A stretch of 32,000 bases of DNA, from NCBI RefSeq assembly GCF_017876815.1, contig NZ_JAGIOS010000002.1, positions 750,001-782,000 of the forward strand. Direction: 5' to 3'. This document shows, piece after piece, positions 26,064-32,000 of the stretch (position 1 is the first letter of the stretch; each line of letters begins with the position of its first letter). Source of the DNA: Sinorhizobium meliloti. Lineage in GTDB: Bacteria > Pseudomonadota > Alphaproteobacteria > Rhizobiales > Rhizobiaceae. The position numbers were made by a program, and so were the translations under genes. A model generated the notes under the pieces. That model saw only the letters and a program-made list of their open reading frames with translations, made no database searches and was not told the DNA's origin.

Positions 26064-26090
26064 CGTCATTTACACATTTTTCTGTGACAT
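26050..26090. promoter_or_regulatory. Widely spaced inverted repeat ATGTCACA-N25-TGTGACAT. Candidate PaaX operator.
   Basis: The arms at 26050-26057 and 26083-26090 pair perfectly over 8 bp. One arm lies in the spacer of the candidate promoter, directly next to its -35. The repeat lies between paaX and paaA. ATTTAGCG direct repeats flank it at 26036-26043 and 26089-26096. Confidence 0.4.
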
Positions 26091-26161
26091 TTAGCGAGTG
26101 AGATCGGGCGGGTATTTTCGTCCATCTTCGTACTCGAATGAGGAACGAAGGAGCCGGCACG

Positions 26162-27082
26162 TTAAACGGGGTTGCCGGATTTCGCAGGCGCAGCTTCACC
26201 GCACAGCATTCGAAGCCGATGCTCCGTCGCCCCGGTCGCCTTCGGCAGCGGACCCGTAAGCGTGACGCAGTTCCGCGCGACATGCAGGTCCGCCTGGGGA
26301 GACAGGCTGCGGTACAGCCGTGCAAACAGGCGGCGGGCTTCGTCGCCTGGCCAATCCGCGGGCAGAATCTCGGCCGGCAGGCGCGGCTCGCGGAGCGTCA
26401 CGAAGCGGAACTGGTGTACCATGAGGAGGCGTGCAGAAAGGCACTCGGCGGGAGCAATCGCCCTAGCGGTATCCGGAAGATCGGCGAGCTTGCCGAAGCA
26501 AGCGAGAAACCGCCGGTATGCCTGCGCGTGAGGTCCGAGGTCCCAACAGCCCGAGGCAAAGGCCTTCAACTCGCTCGCGCCCTGGGCAGGCTCCGCACGG
26601 AAGACCACGGCGGGCATGATCGCGCTCGGGAACGGCCGCACGCCGACCGCGAGCCGGGGGCCCAGCCGCGCATGGCCGGAGCGCTCAAGCATCTGCATCC
26701 GCTCCTCGGCCGACGAACCCATCAGCTGCACGAAATGCCAGCTCGCTTCCTCCGGCGGTCCAAAGATCACCCGCGCCGCCGCGGCGAATTCCGCGCGTGC
26801 GGCATCCGTCAGCCGATAGAAGCTGCGCCGTCCCTCCCGCTCTCCGGCGAGCTGGCCGGCGGCGACGAGACGGGACACGGCGGTTCTCACAAGCGTCTCG
26901 CTGATGCCGACGCCCGCGCAGATCTCGATCAGGTTGCCGATCCAGATCGCGCCGCCGCGCGGCTCCACCACGTCGCCGTAGATGGTGACGATGAAGCTTG
27001 CGGCCCTGAGCGGCGTTTCATCCAAAATTGGCCGGATGATCCTCGAGCCCTGCTCTGCCGAATTTTCGCCATTCGCCTGCAT
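26162..27082 (-). CDS. paaX: Phenylacetic acid degradation operon repressor PaaX
   Basis: 306-aa ORF. The N-terminal winged-helix region SFIVTIYGDVVEPRGGAIWIGNLIEICAGVGISETLVRTAVSRLVAAGQLAGEREGRRSFYRLT is the PaaX signature. It sits immediately upstream of paaA. Confidence 0.88.
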   Translation of the reverse strand: MQANGENSAEQGSRIIRPILDETPLRAASFIVTIYGDVVEPRGGAIWIGNLIEICAGVGISETLVRTAVSRLVAAGQLAGEREGRRSFYRLTDAARAEFAAAARVIFGPPEEASWHFVQLMGSSAEERMQMLERSGHARLGPRLAVGVRPFPSAIMPAVVFRAEPAQGASELKAFASGCWDLGPHAQAYRRFLACFGKLADLPDTARAIAPAECLSARLLMVHQFRFVTLREPRLPAEILPADWPGDEARRLFARLYRSLSPQADLHVARNCVTLTGPLPKATGATEHRLRMLCGEAAPAKSGNPV

Positions 27083-27142
27083 CCGACCACCTTTGGAGAT
27101 CTACCGCACCGTTCCTCATCGTCTCCGATTAGAGCACCTCCA

Positions 27143-27234
27143 GGAAAACTGTGCAGCGGTTTTCCGTCCGGAAGTGCTTAACTTCAAAGACTTAGAGCGT
27201 TTCAGTGTCTCTTTGAAACACTGAAACGCTCTAA
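27143..27234 (+). repeat. Structured intergenic element: a 7-bp hairpin, then a 17-bp perfect-stem hairpin
   Basis: The first hairpin is GGAAAAC-N9-GTTTTCC (27143-27165). The second stem is 27192-27208 paired with 27218-27234, with a 9-nt loop. Both were checked base by base. The element ends in CGCTCTAA. It shares GGAAAA..GGTTTTCC and CGCTCTAA with the hairpin at 14835-14885 on the opposite strand. Confidence 0.55.
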
Positions 27235-27380
27235 AGGAAACGGGCAGCAGATAAAAGCGCGACAGCGCCGCGAGCCTGCTCCTTGGTCTCCTCGGCCATC
27301 GCGCCGGACACTGCGATAGCGCTGAAAGCGAGGCCGCCAACTGTCGCGCGGATCAGGACGTTACGGAATCGTTCAATCAT
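27231..27380 (-). CDS. Hypothetical small protein (49 aa) with a signal-peptide-like N-terminus. Very tentative.
   Basis: MIERFRNVLIRATVGGLAFSAIAVSGAMA / EETKEQARGAVALLSAARFL. It has a charged n-region, a hydrophobic core and an A-x-A-like site. The SD is weak (AAGG). The last codons lie inside the 17-bp hairpin. I recognise no homology. Confidence 0.2.
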   Translation of the reverse strand: MIERFRNVLIRATVGGLAFSAIAVSGAMAEETKEQARGAVALLSAARFL

Positions 27381-27626
27381 TAAAGCTGCCTTACTGTGGG
27401 TTACGGCCTTTGAGTCAGGCATTGTCGAAAGCAGGTTTGAAGCCGCTAAGACCAGTTCCGGAAAGCGCTGCTTGTCGCAAAACATGACTGTTGCCTGCGT
27501 GCGCTCCGTATAGCCGCTGTCTCCCAGACCACGTCTATTGGACTACAGGCTTGCGCCCGGTCTTAGGTCTTCACCCTGAAACCCAGCATCTCGAGTGCGG
27601 CGGTTGTGCCAGTCCGCATAACAATG

Positions 27627-27656
27627 CGGCCCCGGAACCGATCGGTTCCGGGGCCG
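27627..27656 (-). terminator. 30-nt perfect palindrome downstream of melA. Probable (possibly bidirectional) terminator.
   Basis: CGGCCCCGGAACCGA/TCGGTTCCGGGGCCG has 15-nt arms that I verified. It starts 27 nt after the melA stop. It is followed by GCAUUGUUAUG on the minus strand and GUUUGG on the plus strand. Both U-tracts are weak. Confidence 0.55.
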
Positions 27657-27682
27657 TTTGGTCGCCTGACCGGGAGAAGAAG

Positions 27683-29056
27683 TCAGGCGGCCGCTACCTT
27701 CTTCGTCACACGGGCCCATTCCGGAATCCAGTCACGGTGCGCCGCGAGCAGATCGTCCACGAGCGACCAGATCTGGTCGAGATCGAGCTCGGCGGCGGTA
27801 TGCGGATCCATCATCGCCGCGTGATAGAGGTGCTCGCGGTTCTCGGTGACGAGCGCCTGGACAGTCAACTCCTGGACGTTGATGTTGGTGCGAATCAGGG
27901 CCGTGAGCTGCGGCGGCAGGGCGCCGATATAGGTCGGTTGGATGCCGGATGAATCGACGAGGCAGGGCACTTCCGCCGCACAGTTTTCCGGCAGCGAGGT
28001 GATGCAGCCATTGTTCCTGAGGTTGCCGTAGATGACCGAAGGTTCGCCGGTCCAGACCGAATTCATGATCGAGGAGGCATATTCGCGGCTCTCCGCGACT
28101 TCGATCGTCTCCGCCTCCTTGAAGGCGGCCGCCTGCCCCTTCCAGCGCTCGATCTGCTCGACGCAGCGCTTCGGATATTCATCGAGCGGAACGCCGAATT
28201 TCTCGATCAGATCGGGGCGCCCGTCCTTGATGAAGTAGGGCGTGTACTCGGCGAAATGCTCCGAGCTCTCGGTGACGAAATAACCGAGCCGCGTCAGCAT
28301 CTCGTAGCGAACCTTGTTGGGGCAGCGCGGGTTCCAGTGGCTGGGCTTGGGGAAGCGGCCCTCGCGGTAGCCGCGGATCAGGTCCGGATAGAGATCGCGA
28401 TAGCTGCCGTCCTTCTGGCGGTGCTCGAACTTGAGATAAAACGCCATGTGGTTGATGCCGGCGGCGCGGTAGCGGATTTCTTCGAGTGGAATGTCGAGGT
28501 CCCGGGCAAGCTCGAAGGCCGTGCCCTGCACCGAATGGCAGAGGCCCACCTGCTTGATCGCCGGATATTTCTCGGCGATCGCCCAGGTGTTTATCGCCAT
28601 GGGATTCACATATTGCAGAAGGATCGCCTCGGGGCAGACCTCGAGCATGTCCTCGCAGATTTTCCAGAGATGCGGCACGGTGCGGAGCCCGCGCATGATG
28701 CCGCCGACGCCCAGCGTGTCGGCGATCGTCTGACGCAGCCCGTATTTCTTAGGCACTTCGAAGTCGGTGACCGTGCAGGGCTCGTAACCGCCGATCTGGA
28801 AGGCGACGACGACGAAGTCCGCTCCTTCCAGAGCCTTGCGCTGGTTCGAATGGGTTTCGATCCTGGCATCGGCGCCAAGTGTGCGCGCCAGTTTGCCGGC
28901 GACGATCTCGCTTTCGGCGAGCCGCTCGGGGTTGACGTCCATCAGGGCGATACTCGCGGCCGAAAGCGCCGGGCGCTGCAATATGTCGCCGATGATGTTT
29001 TTCATGAAAACGGTGGAACCGGCACCGATGAAAGTAATCCTGGGTTGTCTCGTCAT
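27683..29056 (-). CDS. melA: Alpha-galactosidase, glycoside hydrolase family 4 (NAD+/Mn2+-dependent)
   Basis: It is nearly colinear with E. coli MelA as I remember it. Shared blocks are ITFIGAGSTVFMKNIIGD, DFVVVAFQIGGYEPCTVTDFEVPKKYGL.QTIADTLG.GGIMR, VGLCHSVQGTA, GINHMAFYL, GYFVTESSEHFAEYTP, PLDEYPKRCVEQ and YHAAMMDPHTAA. ATG 29056 gives the same N-terminal length as MelA. An in-frame GTG at 29080 overlaps the upstream stop and is an alternative start. Confidence 0.92.
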   Translation of the reverse strand: MTRQPRITFIGAGSTVFMKNIIGDILQRPALSAASIALMDVNPERLAESEIVAGKLARTLGADARIETHSNQRKALEGADFVVVAFQIGGYEPCTVTDFEVPKKYGLRQTIADTLGVGGIMRGLRTVPHLWKICEDMLEVCPEAILLQYVNPMAINTWAIAEKYPAIKQVGLCHSVQGTAFELARDLDIPLEEIRYRAAGINHMAFYLKFEHRQKDGSYRDLYPDLIRGYREGRFPKPSHWNPRCPNKVRYEMLTRLGYFVTESSEHFAEYTPYFIKDGRPDLIEKFGVPLDEYPKRCVEQIERWKGQAAAFKEAETIEVAESREYASSIMNSVWTGEPSVIYGNLRNNGCITSLPENCAAEVPCLVDSSGIQPTYIGALPPQLTALIRTNINVQELTVQALVTENREHLYHAAMMDPHTAAELDLDQIWSLVDDLLAAHRDWIPEWARVTKKVAAA

Positions 29057-29076
29057 GGGATAGCCTCTGTTTGAAC

Positions 29077-30747
<1,671 letters not shown>

Positions 30748-30758
30748 CGGCATGCTCC

Positions 30759-31886
30759 TCAATAGGGGTCGATTGCGTCGCGCAGGCCGTCGCCCAGCGC
30801 ATTGAAGGCGAAAACGGTGACGAGCACGAAGGCGACGGGCGAGAGAATCCAGGGATAGGAACCAATCGCGGAATAATTCGCCGTGTCCTGCAGCATCAGC
30901 CCCCAGGAGATCAGCGGCGGCTTGACCGCAAAGCCGAGGAAACTGAGGAAAGACTCGAGCAGCACCACATGCGGGATGGCGAGCGTCACCGCGACGATGA
31001 CGTGGCTCATCACATTCGGGAAGATGTGCTGGAATATGATGCGCCGGTCCGTCGCGCCGATGGCGATCGCCGCCCGCACATATTCGATCCGCGCAAGCGC
31101 CAGGGTCTTGCCGCGCACCTCGCGCGACATCTGCGCCCAGCCGAGCGCCGACATCACGATGATGACGAAGGCGAGGAAGACATTGGTCGGCGCGGTGACC
31201 GGGATCAGCGAGGCGAGCGCCAGATAGAGCGGCAATTGCGGGAAGGCGAGCACAAGTTCGACGAAACGCTGCACCCAGGCATCGAAGCGCCCGCCGAAAT
31301 AGCCGGACACCATGCCGACGGTGGTCCCGACCACGGTGACGATGAAGACGACGGTGAGCGCGATCATCAGCGAGATGCGCGAGCCGTAGAGGATGCGGGA
31401 CAGCACGTCGCGGCCGAACTTGTCGGTGCCGAGCAGATGCACCGGCGTACCGTCGACGGCACCGAACAGATGCCGCTCGGCCGGGATCAGCCCGAAGAGC
31501 CTGTAGGGTGCGCCCTTGACGAAGAAGCCGAGGACCTGCGGGTTGTCGTAATCCGGTCCGATGATCGGCTGGAAGGTAACGGGATCGAGCTCCTCCGTCT
31601 CCCGCACCGGATAGCTCCTCGGCGGAAAGACGAAATTACCCTCCTTGTCCCGGAAGCTGATCGTCTGCGGCTGAGCGAAGGCTACGTCCGTCGCCTTCGG
31701 ATCGACGGGCGACAGGAACTCGGCGAAGACCGCCATCAGGATCAGGAGGCAGACGAGGACAAGGCCGAGCAGGCCGGTCCAGGAACGCTTCAACCGGCGC
31801 CAGACGAGAGCGGAGTAGCTCTCGTGGTGGTGCTTTTCCTCGGGCTCGATCGCCACCGGAAGAGTGCTTTCGGCTTCGATGGTCAT
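30759..31886 (-). CDS. Dpp/Opp-type ABC transporter permease (DppC/OppC-like)
   Basis: 375-aa ORF with an N-terminal TM segment and a long periplasmic loop. It has GTDKFGRDVLSRILYG and the EAA-type loop YVRAAIAIGATDRRIIFQHIFPNV. The ATGA overlaps the upstream permease stop. Confidence 0.88.
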   Translation of the reverse strand: MTIEAESTLPVAIEPEEKHHHESYSALVWRRLKRSWTGLLGLVLVCLLILMAVFAEFLSPVDPKATDVAFAQPQTISFRDKEGNFVFPPRSYPVRETEELDPVTFQPIIGPDYDNPQVLGFFVKGAPYRLFGLIPAERHLFGAVDGTPVHLLGTDKFGRDVLSRILYGSRISLMIALTVVFIVTVVGTTVGMVSGYFGGRFDAWVQRFVELVLAFPQLPLYLALASLIPVTAPTNVFLAFVIIVMSALGWAQMSREVRGKTLALARIEYVRAAIAIGATDRRIIFQHIFPNVMSHVIVAVTLAIPHVVLLESFLSFLGFAVKPPLISWGLMLQDTANYSAIGSYPWILSPVAFVLVTVFAFNALGDGLRDAIDPY

Positions 31887-32000
31887 GCGTATACCCCCCC
31901 TCCCATGCGCACGCGCGGATCGAGCGCGGCGAGCATCATGTCGGCGATGATGTTGCCGACGATCAGCGTTGCGGAGAGGACCAGCATGAAGGTCGCCGTC
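31883..32000 (-). CDS. Dpp/Opp-type ABC transporter permease (DppB/OppB-like), C-terminal fragment only
   Basis: My translation of the reverse complement reads TATFMLVLSATLIVGNIIADMMLAALDPRVRMGGGVYA*. The ADxxYAxLDPR(I/V)R tail is typical of DppB/OppB. The N-terminus lies outside the window. Confidence 0.7.
   Translation of the reverse strand, partial: TATFMLVLSATLIVGNIIADMMLAALDPRVRMGGGVYA

Noticed and set aside
27491-27952. 153-aa plus-strand ORF starting in the long spacer, the 76-aa ORF at 27283-27513, and the full 84-aa version of the small minus-strand ORF (to 27485).
   Set aside because: The first runs antisense into melA. The others have no SD, no motif and overlap each other. Only the 49-codon version with a signal-peptide-like start was kept, and only at very low confidence.

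Overview
This is a high-GC, Rhizobiaceae-like (alpha-proteobacterial) window. It is almost entirely coding and is a mosaic of catabolic and transport modules, mostly on the minus strand.

Left to right:
- The 5' part of a tandem-ATPase sugar ABC gene (-), with divergent mtnK-mtnA (methylthioribose kinase and MTR-1-P isomerase, +).
- A NepI-like MFS exporter (-) with a divergent AraC regulator (+).
- A short, visibly more AT-rich toxin-antitoxin islet, all on the minus strand: an RHH antitoxin plus ParE toxin, and an orphan VapB-type antitoxin.
- A six-gene LacI-headed CUT1 ABC operon carrying a GH127 (beta-L-arabinofuranosidase-type) enzyme (-).
- Carboxy(nor)spermidine decarboxylase plus dehydrogenase (-).
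- A phenylacetate (paa) cluster: paaX, paaABCDE, paaZ and a hotdog thioesterase on the minus strand, paaG on the plus strand, and a 3-hydroxyacyl-CoA dehydrogenase on the minus strand.
- A 600-bp lower-GC spacer with strong hairpins.
- The 3' part of a Dpp/Opp-type ABC operon ending in melA (GH4 alpha-galactosidase) (-).

I recognised no rRNA, tRNA, CRISPR array, IS/transposase or integrase. I do not see a large uncharacterised multi-gene system here.

The items worth a second look are small:
- A TA islet whose VapB-type antitoxin has lost its toxin partner.
- A LacI regulator whose HTH can only be encoded from a non-canonical CTG start, plus twin 18-bp operators.
- A 3-hydroxyacyl-CoA dehydrogenase that looks like a bifunctional enzyme with its crotonase domain deleted in frame.
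- Candidate operators at the mtnK and paaA promoters.
- Several dispersed GC-rich palindromic repeats.
- A long structured spacer with a possible small secreted peptide.

All product calls come from reading the translated ORFs against remembered family motifs. No database search was run.
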